From positions 558,001 to 622,000 of the forward strand of contig NW_027191415.1 in the NCBI RefSeq assembly GCF_041146345.1: DNA of 64,000 bases, read 5' to 3'. Shown piece after piece: positions 35,853 through 47,866 of the stretch. Made by a program: the position numbers and the translations under genes. The notes under the pieces were generated by a model. That model had not been told where the DNA came from. It searched no databases and saw only the letters and a list, made by a program, of their open reading frames with translations. The DNA comes from Neodothiora populina (taxonomy: Eukaryota). Within the stretch, counting starts at the first letter, position 1. The number at the start of each line of letters is the position of its first letter.

Positions 35853-37312
35853 CTAGATATCGAAGAAACTGGCGTCGAAAGCGCTGCCGTCATTCGGTCC
35901 TCCCTCGCCCATATCGTCGCCGAAACTGCCCATGTCGAAATTATCGAAATTCATGAGCGCGTCGAAAGTGTCGTCTCGTGGTTCCTGCTGTTGCTGGTCC
36001 GTTGTTGTCGTGTCGTCTGCTTGCGTCGAAGTCATTTCGTTGGAATTATTGTCATTAGTACCGAGCATATTGGCGTTTGTCTGTTGGGTGGCCTGAGTCT
36101 GTTGTGCTTGAGTTTGGTTGTTGTTCATGGTTGTATTGTCGTCCATGGCGCTTCCAAAGTCTGGACCGTCTGCCGAATCAAAAATGTTGAATGAGTCCTG
36201 ATTCGCCGCGTTCTGCGCTTGTTGGCCTTGCCTCTGCTGCTCGGCGGGATTGGTCGAAGCATTGGCGTATGATTCTAGACCAGGGAGCAGAGAAGATATA
36301 TTGTCGTTGTTGTCATCCCCACCTTGCATGCCGGAGTCACCACCGTCAAAGTTCGTGAGGTCCCCAAAATCAATGGTGTCGATGTTGTCGTCGGCGTTAG
36401 CGTTACTCACGACATTCTCGCCGGGTCTAGAAGCTGTCTGTGACTGATCTGGAGCACTGGACGTAGAAGTGGGTTCAGTCTGTGATGCCTCTTTGACTGA
36501 TGGTGTCTGCTGCACAACATCCGGGCTCGGGTGAGCAGATGGATCATTGAACAACGACTCAAAGTCGAAATTGCTATAAGTCCCTGTTGCAACGTCGGTC
36601 TGATTGTCACCTTGGTGTTCGCCAGAAGGAATCTCAATCTGCATAGGATCTTGTTGACCCTGCTCGTCATTCTGCTTGGTTTGCTCCTCGCCCGATCCTT
36701 GGTCAAGGGACTGGCTCTGCGCAACTAGACCGGTCGACTCTTGCGCGCTTGAGGTTTGACCTTGTGGCGATAACTTCGATGTTTCATCTCCAGTCATCGA
36801 CACATCAAGATCCTGCGCGTCTGTCTGATCGTTGCCAGACGGGTTCGCAGTATCTACTTCACCATCGCCACCCGTTTGCTTGCTAGTGCGGGCATCCGAC
36901 TCTCGGGATTCGAGCGCCGTTCGACACACCGCCAAATCGCGTCGCATAACCGCCCTCGCAATAGCCTATCAATGACAGATTCGTGAGCTTTGTGCTCGCA
37001 AATAACAATGTCATTGTGTTCAAGCGATGAAACTCACCAGCTCGGACTCTAGCATGTCAAGAGCATCATGAAAACTACCATCCGCACCCAACAAGACCTG
37101 TCTCAGCCGAGACGAGTTATCAACAACGCCATGGGTCTTTCGGCTCTTCACCCTACCAGCGAATATACGGCCAGTGTGTTCCAACTATATTCCACAAGTA
37201 AGCAATCCATTCGCAATCTCCTCAGAGCGGGGACAGTGCATACAACTAGACTGAGCTGAGCTTCAAGTTGATCAAGGGGTGAAGACGCGGCTAGAGGCTG
37301 CTGTTCATCCAT
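35853..37312 (-). CDS. Probable Mediator tail subunit Med2/Med29-like protein; exons 37312-37244, 37184-37038, 36965-35853 (442 aa)
   Basis: The spliced N-terminus is helical (...GSFHDALDMLESELAIARAVMRRDL), followed by a long Asp/Asn/Gln-rich tail studded with Phe. The gene model is solid; the Med2 identity is inferred. Confidence 0.7.
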
Positions 37313-37880
37313 GGTTGGCCAACATAAAGCGATGGTATGTCAAACGAAGCACGCGAAGCACACGAAGCACGGCGGTTAAGGATGTGACGCTCGAATGACT
37401 CGGGGATCGCTTTCTCGAAAGGAACCAATAAGAAAAAGGCTTCGGCAGTCACTGGCGAGACATACAGGAACAACGGGTGGTGTGGTTTGACGCACAAAGT
37501 TTCGACCGGCTGTTGAACCCTGCGGCTCTGCTGTTGAACCCTTGAACTCTTGAACTGTGACGCTAGCGCGGCGAGCGCGCATCGAGAACTAAAATTGCAC
37601 AGGACTCTGTTGTCGAGTGGAAAGCAAGCCCGAAGCACATGGCAAAGGTCCGGCGTACGGAGGTAATGTACGGTACGGTAGTATGCTTTAGTGAGCATCT
37701 GGCAAAAGTTTAGAGGGACAGACAGGTACTTAATGTGCTTGTACTGTGGATTGGGTGCACAGATGGAAAGGCTCGGGTCGTCGCTGCCTTACTGTAATTA
37801 ATTGTTTCTGATGTGATCGTCTGCTTTCTTTTCGAATTTCTACCCTTAATGCAAAGCTGTGCGTTCACCGGTTGGTTCAC

Positions 37881-37930
37881 CCTTGCTTTGCCTTGCTTCG
37901 CCTTGCTTCGCCTTGCTTCGCCTTGCTTTG
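37881..37930. repeat. (CCTTGCTTYG)5 tandem 10-mer
   Basis: Seen directly in the divergent intergenic region between the Med2-like gene and PUB1. Confidence 0.9.
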
Positions 37931-38815
37931 CCTGCCTGACCTTGCTGTTCCCTTATCTTCTTGCTTGCCGTACTGGACTGTATCGCACTGCGCATCTTAC
38001 CCTTATCCAGACTTACCCTGAACCTGCAGTAGTAGCACTCTGCCCTGTGAGCCAGTTCTCGCCTTAGCTTCCCTGGCTACTGTGCCACCGTTTCCTTAGA
38101 GGTACGAGCCCTTTACCTGAACCTTCACTTTTGCCCTGCCTAGCTGTACCCTGTTCTCTGAGCTAAGCCCTGCCTGTCCTGCCTGCCCTTTCCATGCCCA
38201 GCTGTGCTCTCGGCGCTCCGCTCTCGAGACACCTCCGTGACCGACCTTTACACACCTTTACACGTCTTTTCTCTTCTCACTGATCTTTCTTGTCACATTT
38301 ACATTTACTTGTTCCCGTTGACTCAAGCTGGCAGAGCCGCAGGAGCCAATTTGTTCTTTCTCCTTTGCACTTGTCTTTCCTGTCCCGCCTTGTCCGACCG
38401 GCCTCTCGACTTTGTCTATTTTCCTCAAAATTCAGACAGATCTCAGCCATTTGCATTGCCCTGCCTGATTGCTCTGCTTTCCAGCTTGTCTGCCAATTTT
38501 TCCGGCTCGTCCACATTGCTTGAAGCGCTTCGACCTGTCCCTTGATACCATCCATCCTATTTCCCGACTTTTCTCAACCCCTTGAGCTTCTTCCATCTCG
38601 GCGCCAACACTCCTGCCGAAGTCATTCTCCGTCTGTTCGCTTACCTGGCCAATTGTTTTCTATCCTGCAGAAAGTCTTTGGGCTTCCAAGTGCAGAAAGG
38701 CTCGCACCCTCCTCTTCCACCTCCTCTCCATCCAGACTAGGACTAAATTCATCCTACGGAGCATTCATCTCTCGACAATCCATCCTCACTACTCACCCAC
38801 CCCACCATACCCGCA

Positions 38816-40678
38816 ATGGCCGACATGTCAGGCGTTACCACTTCTCTCCCGCCCCACCAGGCCGGTGTAGCACCGGGTCAACCACCTTACAATGGCTCTC
38901 ATATGCCACCACCCCTGAGCATCCCTCAAAACGTCGGTCCCGCGCCCACCGCAGTCACCTCTCCCGGCGGCAATGGCATCATGTCCCCCAACAGCGCTGG
39001 CCCGCGTCGTGCGGCTCCCGAGCCAAACAAGCGTGCTTTGTATGTCGGAGGACTGGATCCAAGAGTTACGGAAGAGGTCTTGAGGCAGATTTTCGAGACA
39101 ACTGGCCATGTTCAGAATGTCAAGATCATCCCCGACAAGAATGTGCGTGCAGATCTACCAGTGAGTCAAAAACAAAACATCTACTATATGGCGATTTGAC
39201 TCTTTGCCCCCGTTTGGCTTGACTTGTTGGGAGAGAAGACGTGCGCATCTGATTGCTACTCACATGTGATACCTGAGATTGATCAGTAACACATGACTTG
39301 TTTGTCACTTGCTTGGGAGAACACGGCCTCCACTCTCTCTCATTGACCATGATAGTCGCAACTTTAATCTATAGCACAACACTCTGCATTCACAATCTAC
39401 TTTGACAGATTTGCTGACCCACTTTCTTGCTATCAGTTCCAAGCAAAAGGACTCAACTACGGCTTTGTTGAATACGACGACCCTCTCGCTGCGGAAAGAG
39501 CCATGCAGACCCTGAACGGCAGACGTGTCCACCAATCTGTAGGTTTTCGAGACATACAGACGACGTAGCAGCCATACTGATGACATGCAGGAAATCCGCG
39601 TCAACTGGGCATATCAGTCCAACAACACGAACAAAGAGGACACCTCGGGCCACTTCCACATCTTTGTCGGTGATCTCTCGAACGAGGTCAACGACGAAGT
39701 CCTCCTCCAGGCCTTCTCCGCCTTTGGAAGCGTATCCGAGGCACGTGTCATGTGGGACATGAAGACTGGGCGCTCCCGTGGCTACGGCTTCGTCGCTTTC
39801 AGGGACCGCGCCGAAGCCGAGAAGGCTCTCAGCTCAATGGATGGCGAATGGCTCGGCTCGCGCGCCATTCGCTGCAACTGGGCCAACCAAAAGGGCCAAC
39901 CTTCTTTCGCACAACAACAGGCCATGGTCCAGATGGGGATGACTCCTACCACTCCTTATGCTCAACACCACCAATTCCCCACCGCCGGTGTTCAGTCTTA
40001 CGAGACAATCGTTGCACAGACTCCTGGATGGCAGACCACTTGCTACGTCGGCAATCTTACCCCTTACACCACGCAGAACGACCTCGTTCCTCTATTCCAG
40101 AACTTTGGCTACGTCACCGAGACTCGTTTCCAGTCTGACCGTGGATTCGCCTTTGTCAAGATGGACACTCACGAGAATGCTGCCATGGCCATCTGCCAGC
40201 TTAACGGCTATCAAGTCAACGGTCGTCCATTGAAGTGTAGCGTCAGTATATAACACATCAAGCACTTGAGATGACGGTAATGCTAACCTTCATTACAGTG
40301 GGGCAAGGATCGCCCACCAACTGGTCAATTCGATGGCTACTCACCTGCCACTGCTCCATCCAGCGGATTCCCTCCCACTCCTCAAGGATACGGCTTCCCT
40401 CAATACGGAGCCCCTGCCCCCATGTCTCCCCAAGGTTAGTCTTCTATAGCTTGTTCGGCGAGAGCAGCGCACTAACGTCCATATGCACAGCCGCTACCCC
40501 TACCACTCACTTTGGCCAAGCACCTGCACCGTTTGGCGCTCCCAGTATGGCGCCCTACGGCCAAATGCCTCAAAGTGCGGGCGGGTTCGGTCGCGGCGGT
40601 CAGGCTCCTGCGCCTTATATGGGCGCCCCACAACACGGCAACTACGGCGCCAACGCGTACGGTGGCTACCAGGGCTAG
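38816..40678 (+). CDS. PUB1: Poly(U)/ARE-binding protein Pub1 (TIA-1 family, 3 RRMs); introns 39143(or 39161)-39436, 39539-39590, 40242-40298, 40435-40490
   Basis: RALYVGGL, NYGFVEY, IRVNWAYQS, FHIFVGDLS, RVMWDMKTGRSRGYGFVAF, RAIRCNWANQKG, TCYVGNL, GRPLKCSWGK. Confidence 0.95.
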
Positions 40679-40858
40679 ATGCTGCAATGATGCACCCGAG
40701 TCTCGTGAATCCATGCAATCTCCTTACAAAAGCTGACATTTGACGTTGACACTCTCTTGAGATATCAGATCTCAAAAGTCTACAGCGTCCGAAGATTTCT
40801 ACTTCTTGTGCAAGAGGGGTGGTGGTGCGCTTCGTTGTGCACCTCGTGTCCTTCCTTG

Positions 40859-40885
40859 CATCATCATCATCATCATCATCATCAT
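40859..40885. repeat. (CAT)9 microsatellite in the PUB1 3' region
   Basis: Seen directly. Confidence 0.9.
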
Positions 40886-41582
40886 ACCCTTTCATTCTGC
40901 AACGTCGAAGCGATTATCCAAAGGTCTATTTCCTCATCCAATTGAATGGCATGGTAGCGTGGGCGAGCGAAAAGACACCTTTTATTTCCTGCAGTTTCTG
41001 TAGCTTTTCTCTTCATCATTTCTATCTCTACCCGCGGATGATTTCCTTTTCATTTTGATCTCTGATGATCAATGTTGATGAACTTGGCAATTCTCATCTA
41101 GCTGCACTCCGTTCTATACCCCATTTCTTAGGCATCATGCCGGCAATTGTGTCATTGTCTCGTCTTTTGGTCTCTGTTGGGCGTGTTTTTTCCATGTCAC
41201 TTTTCCTCCGTTCACGATGATGGGAGCGTGTCGTCACCGGTGTCAATGTTACTTAGCTGACTTGTAGACGTAAAGGTGGTAGCAAGAGAGGATAGATTAG
41301 AAGTGATGAATCAATGCGATCAGGATGAACAATCAAAACATTCATCTTGGAATTGACGGGGAGCAAGCCACCGAGCCTGCACTGGATCAGACGTGCCGTG
41401 GATTGAGGGTCTGCTAGCTCTTCGTCTCTCATGCGGCAGTCATGCCACCATCCAACTCTGAACCCTTTGCGCATTTGCGAATTAAGGATAACCGTCGGAA
41501 AGGACCCTGTCGAGCCTGTGTGCCCGATTCGGCATAAAGTACTCGGATGATCTTCGGCGGGTCGAGGGGCAGGTCAGCCGAA

Positions 41583-41597
41583 TCGCGTTTCACGCGT
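41583..41597. promoter_or_regulatory. Paired MCB-like elements (TCGCGT-TTC-ACGCGT) upstream of PIF1
   Basis: ACGCGT at 41592-41597 plus CGCGT at 41584-41588, about 130 bp before the first ATG. Confidence 0.6.
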
Positions 41598-41726
41598 TTG
41601 CCCCAGCTCTCGTTCGTGTCAGAAGCGGCATCGAAATCGTGCGCGGCATGTGATTACGAGGAACATCATTGTTGTGGTTGATATTTGGTGACGGGCTCCG
41701 TCCTTCCATTGCTTTTGATCCACTGT

Positions 41727-44570
41727 ATGCTTCGGAGACGGACTTACACAGCTGGGAAGGGATCCGCGCATTATACTGGAGTTTCATCAGGAGTCCAGGC
41801 CGCCATTCCTCAATCCCGCCTCAGCGGCAAGTGCAACCCGCCGCTCGCACTTTCCAGATCGACGCGACCTTCCGGGAGTCTTAGATCAAAGACCTCATGT
41901 CCATCGACTTTACACCATCTCCGAGCACGAACATCGGTCTTCTCAACCTGCGCCATCATGTTTCATAAAGCTGTCGATGCCCACAAGAAAGGGCCATCAA
42001 CGCAGCAGAGAACATCAAATATCTTCTCCTCGAGTCCTCAGGAGAGGCAACAACAGCAGTCGATACAGCAGACTGTACAAAAAGCCAGTCAGGTCAACAT
42101 GGGCCTTGGTCAAACCATACTTCGCCCCAGCGTTCCCTCTCAGCTCAATGGTTCGACACACCACTCGGATCGAGGAAGCAATGTAGGCATCAAGCGAACA
42201 TCAAGTGGTGTTGCCAAAGCTTTAAGCGGCAATCTGGGAGGATTCGAAGACGGACGCGGCTCACAACGCAATGCCATCGTCACTGATGAAAACTCTCCAA
42301 TCAAGTGTGCGGCTCCCAAGGTGACCAGCTGTGAATACTTCAACGAGGATGATTTCGACGACGACATCGATCTCGACATCGAGGACCCATCATGCAAAGC
42401 AACCATTACCTACCCAGCATTGCCTACATTGACAAAGGAACCAACGACTTCAGTAATCGACACGACTCCGACTGTAGTGCCCGGCATGTTTTATCCAACA
42501 CTACCGAAGCAATCTTCGAAACGTTCAGACGACAGCATGTCACGATGCGACTCAGGGCATGCGTCAGTGGAGTCGGCGGCCTTGAGGCATGTAGGAAGCA
42601 GTGCTCCTCTGCCGTGGTCATCATCCCCTCCAGAACATCTCACAGCCCAGCCACAAGCTTTGTCTCTAAAGGACTCTTCGTTGAACAATGGCATTACGCC
42701 TGCACGAAGAACAACAGTATCAAATACCGCCAAGCTGCCTCCTGTGCCGAAACGAAACAAATTACCTTGGGTCAAGGCCGAAAGCCAGATAGATCAAAAT
42801 GGGCCCCCTCCTGTAAGTGAGTCAGAGACAGGCTCACGAAACCGTATGGCGCACAACACAACACCAGCAGATAAGCACAAATACCCATGGAACACGACAA
42901 CGAGCGCCATGAAGGAAGCCAGGGAGAAGTTCAAGGAGGAGAACAGAAAGAAGATCAAGGTCGACGAGTCTCGCATTGAGCCCGCCCTCAAAAACGCAAA
43001 GAAATCCAACAGCGTGGCCCGGGTCTTTCTCAGCGAAGAGCAACAACACGTTCTCGACTTGGTGTCAGAGCAAAAGAAGAGTGTCTTCTTCACCGGATCA
43101 GCTGGTACCGGTAAATCAGTATTGTTGCGCGAGATCATCGCTACATTGCGCAAAAAATATGTCAGAGAACCTGATCGCGTTGCAGTCACCGCTTCTACAG
43201 GTCTTGCAGCCTGCAATGTTGGCGGTGTCACACTGCACTCCTTCGCTGGAATTGGTTTGGGCAAGGAACCCGTGCCAGAACTTGTGAAGAAGATTAAGCG
43301 CAACGCAAAAGCCAAAATCCGATGGACGAGGACTAAGGTGCTTATTGTTGACGAGATTTCAATGGTGGATGGTGAACTCTTCGATAAACTTGAAGCCATT
43401 GCAAGACAAATGCGAAAGAACGGCCGTCCGTTCGGTGGCATTCAGCTCGTCATCACCGGTGATTTCTTCCAGCTGCCGCCAGTACCTGACAGTGGCAAGG
43501 TTGCCAAATTTGCTTTCGACGCCACAACATGGAACACCAGCATTGAACACACCATTGGCCTTCACCACGTATTCCGTCAAAAGGACCCCGTCTTTGCTGG
43601 CATGCTCAATGAGATGAGAGAGGGGCGCTTGACTCCTAGTTCAATCAAGGCTTTCTCGCAGTTAAGCCGCCCGATAGAATATGAAGACAGCATTGATTCT
43701 ACGGAGCTGTTTCCCACCCGCAATGAAGTGGAGCGGGCAAACGGCTCAAAGATGTCACAACTTGTCGGAGAAGTTCAGACTTACGAAGCTCGTGATGGTG
43801 GCGCCATAACAGATAAGGTCATGCGCGACAAGCTACTGCAAAATTGCATGGCCCCCGAGACGATCCATCTGAAAAAGGGTGCACAAGTCATGCTCATCAA
43901 AAACATTGATGAAACCCTGGTAAATGGTTCACTTGGTCAAGTCATTGGCTTCATGTCGGAGACGCAGTTCGACAACTATACAGCTAATCAGCTCACGAAC
44001 CAAGGCGCAAACGATCTCCGGGAAGCTGCAGATAGTATCGCGGATCAGAAGAGCCGTGCACAGAAGCGCTTGCAGGATAATCTGTTTGGTAGCACCTCAC
44101 AGATCTACCCACTTGTACGATTCACTATTTCTGACAACACGTCTCGCGACTTGTTATGCCAGCCTGAATTGTGGAAGATCGAGCTGCCTGACGGTGAAGT
44201 CCAGGCCTCGCGCCTACAGATCCCGCTAATATTGGCATGGGCGTTGAGCATTCACAAAGCACAAGGCCAGACACTGAATCGCGTGAAAGTCGACTTGGGC
44301 AAGGTATTCGAGAAAGGACAAGCCTACGTCGCGCTCAGTCGTGCCACTTCCATGCAGGGACTGCAAGTATTGAGATTCGATGCGCGTAAAGTGGTCGCCC
44401 ATGACAAAGTACGTGCCTTCTACTCGAACTTGAGTCGTGTCGAGGAGATTGAGAGGAAGAGTGGAAGTAAAGCTGGATCGAAGGGCAACAAAGCAGGTTC
44501 GGCCACCAGCAGAGAGAATGGGATTGGTGCCGATGAATATCAGAAGAAGTTCATCGCGGGCAAGTTCTAG
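41727..44570 (+). CDS. PIF1: Pif1-family 5'-3' DNA helicase (Pif1/Pfh1); second in-frame start at 41958
   Basis: LSEEQQHV, FFTGSAGTGKS, TASTGLAA, GVTLHSFAG, LIVDEISMV, PFGGIQLVITGDFFQLPPV, FRQKD, QIPLILAWALSIHKAQGQTL, GQAYVALSRA. Confidence 0.96.
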   Translation: MLRRRTYTAGKGSAHYTGVSSGVQAAIPQSRLSGKCNPPLALSRSTRPSGSLRSKTSCPSTLHHLRARTSVFSTCAIMFHKAVDAHKKGPSTQQRTSNIFSSSPQERQQQQSIQQTVQKASQVNMGLGQTILRPSVPSQLNGSTHHSDRGSNVGIKRTSSGVAKALSGNLGGFEDGRGSQRNAIVTDENSPIKCAAPKVTSCEYFNEDDFDDDIDLDIEDPSCKATITYPALPTLTKEPTTSVIDTTPTVVPGMFYPTLPKQSSKRSDDSMSRCDSGHASVESAALRHVGSSAPLPWSSSPPEHLTAQPQALSLKDSSLNNGITPARRTTVSNTAKLPPVPKRNKLPWVKAESQIDQNGPPPVSESETGSRNRMAHNTTPADKHKYPWNTTTSAMKEAREKFKEENRKKIKVDESRIEPALKNAKKSNSVARVFLSEEQQHVLDLVSEQKKSVFFTGSAGTGKSVLLREIIATLRKKYVREPDRVAVTASTGLAACNVGGVTLHSFAGIGLGKEPVPELVKKIKRNAKAKIRWTRTKVLIVDEISMVDGELFDKLEAIARQMRKNGRPFGGIQLVITGDFFQLPPVPDSGKVAKFAFDATTWNTSIEHTIGLHHVFRQKDPVFAGMLNEMREGRLTPSSIKAFSQLSRPIEYEDSIDSTELFPTRNEVERANGSKMSQLVGEVQTYEARDGGAITDKVMRDKLLQNCMAPETIHLKKGAQVMLIKNIDETLVNGSLGQVIGFMSETQFDNYTANQLTNQGANDLREAADSIADQKSRAQKRLQDNLFGSTSQIYPLVRFTISDNTSRDLLCQPELWKIELPDGEVQASRLQIPLILAWALSIHKAQGQTLNRVKVDLGKVFEKGQAYVALSRATSMQGLQVLRFDARKVVAHDKVRAFYSNLSRVEEIERKSGSKAGSKGNKAGSATSRENGIGADEYQKKFIAGKF

Positions 44571-45737
44571 CTGATGGTATCGGCTTTATCCTTCAGCAAC
44601 ACATTCAAGAGTGCTATTCGCGGGTTGGAGGTCGTGTCGTGGGGTGCAATGGAGGATTTTCTCTACTCCTATATGAGCAAAATATGGGCTGGTGTTCCTG
44701 GAGTACGTAGAATGGTTCCTTTCGCTGCTTCAAGTTTGGTGCAAGGGCAGCCGTACGCAAAGCGTCGCTAAGGCTGGAGTGTTCTGGCGGGCATCATGGT
44801 TTGGTCGAGCCCACACAAGAGTGTTTAAACGCAATTACGGAGTAGAGAGGATAGTGTAATATGGACTCGTTTGGCTCACAAAATATGGCAAGGGTTCGAG
44901 GACATGACATGGACAACGTGTTCAGGTATCATAAGCCGTAGGCAAGGATCGTGTGCTTGTAGATGGCGTTTCTGATGAATGTGTACTATCTCATCTTACC
45001 ATCGTTGATACTGAATGTCGACTTACTGAATGTGAGCACTCACGGACGTTAACCACATCCAGGATTGGCTGATGCTCGAAGTTGTGCAACAAGAGTGAAG
45101 CATGTACCTTAGTGAGCTTGGCCACGACCCCTCAATCTTTGGAGCTAGTGCACTAAGAATCCCATGCATACATTTAGCAGATTCGCCAAATGAACACTCT
45201 GTTTCTAAGTGATGAACCATGGTATAACCTATTGTAGAAGTCGTTCCGAAGCGACGTCGCAACGGGAAAAGCGGGTCGCTCCGACAGTAAGCTCCAGCTC
45301 AGCATTGATTATGGTTACCTTATCGAACCGAGGCTCAAAGTCGACTTTCTTTGTTGCCCTGAAGCCGCATCAAGGTCGGTTCGGTGTTGGTAGAATGTTC
45401 CTTTTGTTGTTTCATTTCATTCATTTCTAAGCATTAGTGATTTAGCTTCTTATGTGGACGGACTTACTTGAAGAGGGGTCTGAGGATGGAGCCAACCCCG
45501 GTAGTAGTGCTTCATGCTAGAGCGATGTATCGTACGCACGTACTCTCTTCGTGTGTGATGTGTGGGTGTCTATGTGCCCACTACATATATAGGTACTCAT
45601 AGGACCCCTACCCTAGTTTGTCACATAGATGTATTGAGACTTCTTTCCGACTTTATATTCTTATACGTTGTCTCTCTAATTTCTTTCGTCCTATACAGCA
45701 GCGTGAATCATCGCTGTTACTAACATCATCTTGCACA

Positions 45738-46911
45738 ATGACTCCTACAACGACTCGACAATGGATCCTGGCAGAGCAGCCAATGGATATGCCTGATGAG
45801 AAGACCTTCAAGCTCGTTGAAGCACCTCTTCCTGAGCTTAAGGAGGACCAGGTCTTGGCTAAGGTTTTATATCTATCCAATGACCCTGCTCAAAGAGGCT
45901 GGATCCAGAAGGGTATCAACCCGTAAGTTAGCTATTATCTATTGTCCTCGATCACCATGAATTCATGATTCTGATACTTGTGCAGTGAGCGCCTCTATGT
46001 CCCGCCTGTCGAGCTCAATGCTCCTATGAGCGCTCGTGGAATTGCCGAAGTCATCGAATCCAAGTCATCAAAGTTCCCCAAGGGTAGTCTTGTTGTGTCT
46101 GGAGTGAATTGGGTCGAGTACTGTGTTCTTGACGCAGCTACCTGCACCCCAGTTCAAAAGGTCGGTGACTTGAGCGAAACTCACTTCCTTGGGGCTCTTG
46201 GCCTCACTGGACTTACGGCGTACTACGGACTCCAAATTGTTCGGGCTGGAGCCGAGGACACAGTCGTTGTCAGCGGTGCCGCTGGTGCCACTGGTAGCAT
46301 GGTTGTCCAAATCGCCAAGAAGATGTTCGGCTGCAAGAAGGTCATCGGTATCGCTGGCACTGACGACAAGTGCCGCTGGGTCGAAAGCCTGGGTGCCGAC
46401 CTCTGTATCAACTACAAGAGTCCCACCTTCAGGAAAGACTTGAGGGAAGCTACCAAGGGCTACGTCGAGGTTTACTTTGACAATGTCGGCGGCAAGATTC
46501 TTGACCTCATGCTCACTCGAATGGCCACGTATGGCCGTGTCGCCGCGTGCGGTGCTATCTCTGGCTACAACAACCACACTGATGTCTACGGACTCAAATG
46601 CTGGTGAGTGCTTCCGTGATATTGAAGATTGATGCAGTGAGCACCAATTAGTTGCCAGAGTACTGACACACTTCACCAGGTCCGAGATCATTACCAACAG
46701 AATCGAGATCAGAGGTTTCATTGTCCTTGACGCTGGTGCTAAAATTCCTTCAATGATTGGCGAGCTCGCCCAGGCATACAAGGAAGGCAAGCTCCAGCTT
46801 GGCGCAGAGAGCGAAACCGTCGTGCCGACCGCTTTCGACAGCATTCCCAAGACCTGGATGAAGTTGTTCGCTGGTGAAAACACTGGCAAGCTTGTGACCA
46901 AGATCGAATGA
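45738..46911 (+). CDS. NADP-dependent MDR oxidoreductase (prostaglandin/alkenal reductase, YfmJ-like); introns 45923-45985, 46604-46679
   Basis: LYLSNDPAQRGW, LGLTGLTAYYG, VVVSGAAGATGS, GIAG, VYFDNVGG, CGAISGYN, LFAGENTGKL. Confidence 0.92.
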
Positions 46912-47866
46912 AGCGGCTGAGGTCGGGTTTATGCTACCGGACATACGGCGGCTACTCATGTGAAATCACCGAATCATGATATCTTCATGTGGTTATACTG
47001 GCTGCTTGACCATGAAATCTGAAATCCATATAGGACTTCGTATTGGAGCATCTAAAATTTTCATCAGAACCCTTTCGCTGAAATTTTCCATATTCACCAT
47101 TTCGTAGTCTGAAGAAAGTCGTCGGTCTACAGCGCTTAAACGTCCTGACGCAGAAATCCATACCAAGGTCAAGTAATGTTTCCTTTTCCAACCCGTTCTG
47201 TACTCCATTACTCTCGTCAGTAGACAACGGCTGTAAGCAAATCGGGTGGTCCTGCGGAGTCGAGGTCGCTTGAATAGACGATACGTGCTTATTGCTCGAC
47301 ACCATAGGCACCTGCCTGAATCGCGAACTCGACAGGGGTATCTCGATTACTCAAAGCAGATTTGACTCGCCACATACCAATGGAGCAACGCCTACTGCAC
47401 TTGCCAAGATCTCGTCCACCCAGTCAGAGACAGGCATTTACTGACCATCGCCGCTTCCGATGGCGAAGGCAAAAAGTCTATTGTTGATGAGATCGGAGAG
47501 TATCAGACCGCATTTCAGTAAGGCATGATGAAAAGTATATATAGAACCTCAAGCCCACACATTTATCTAAGTATCATTCAATTTACTTGACATTGGGAAC
47601 TATATCCAGGCAACATTCTTTCATTCTTCGTTATACCGCACATACGGACCGACCTTGGATTATCACACGCGTCAAGACACTGCTTCCATTTGGACTTCTA
47701 CTCTTCGTACACGCCTTTTTCAAGACGGATTAAGACACGTGAGACTCTATCGTAGAGCACATCCTATCCCATCCTGGAAAGATAAGCGCGGAACAGACTC
47801 CGTTTGTTCCAGGTCTATACAAGGCACAGCAATCTCAGCAGACTATTCAAGACAGCGGTAGTGAGA

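Noticed and set aside
37881..37930. Direct repeats as a CRISPR-like array
   Set aside because: Spacer-less 10-bp microsatellite in a eukaryotic genome.
38639..38648. CTTACCTGG resembling the U1 snRNA 5' end (also at about 23085)
   Set aside because: No U1 stem-loops, 70K loop or Sm site follow.
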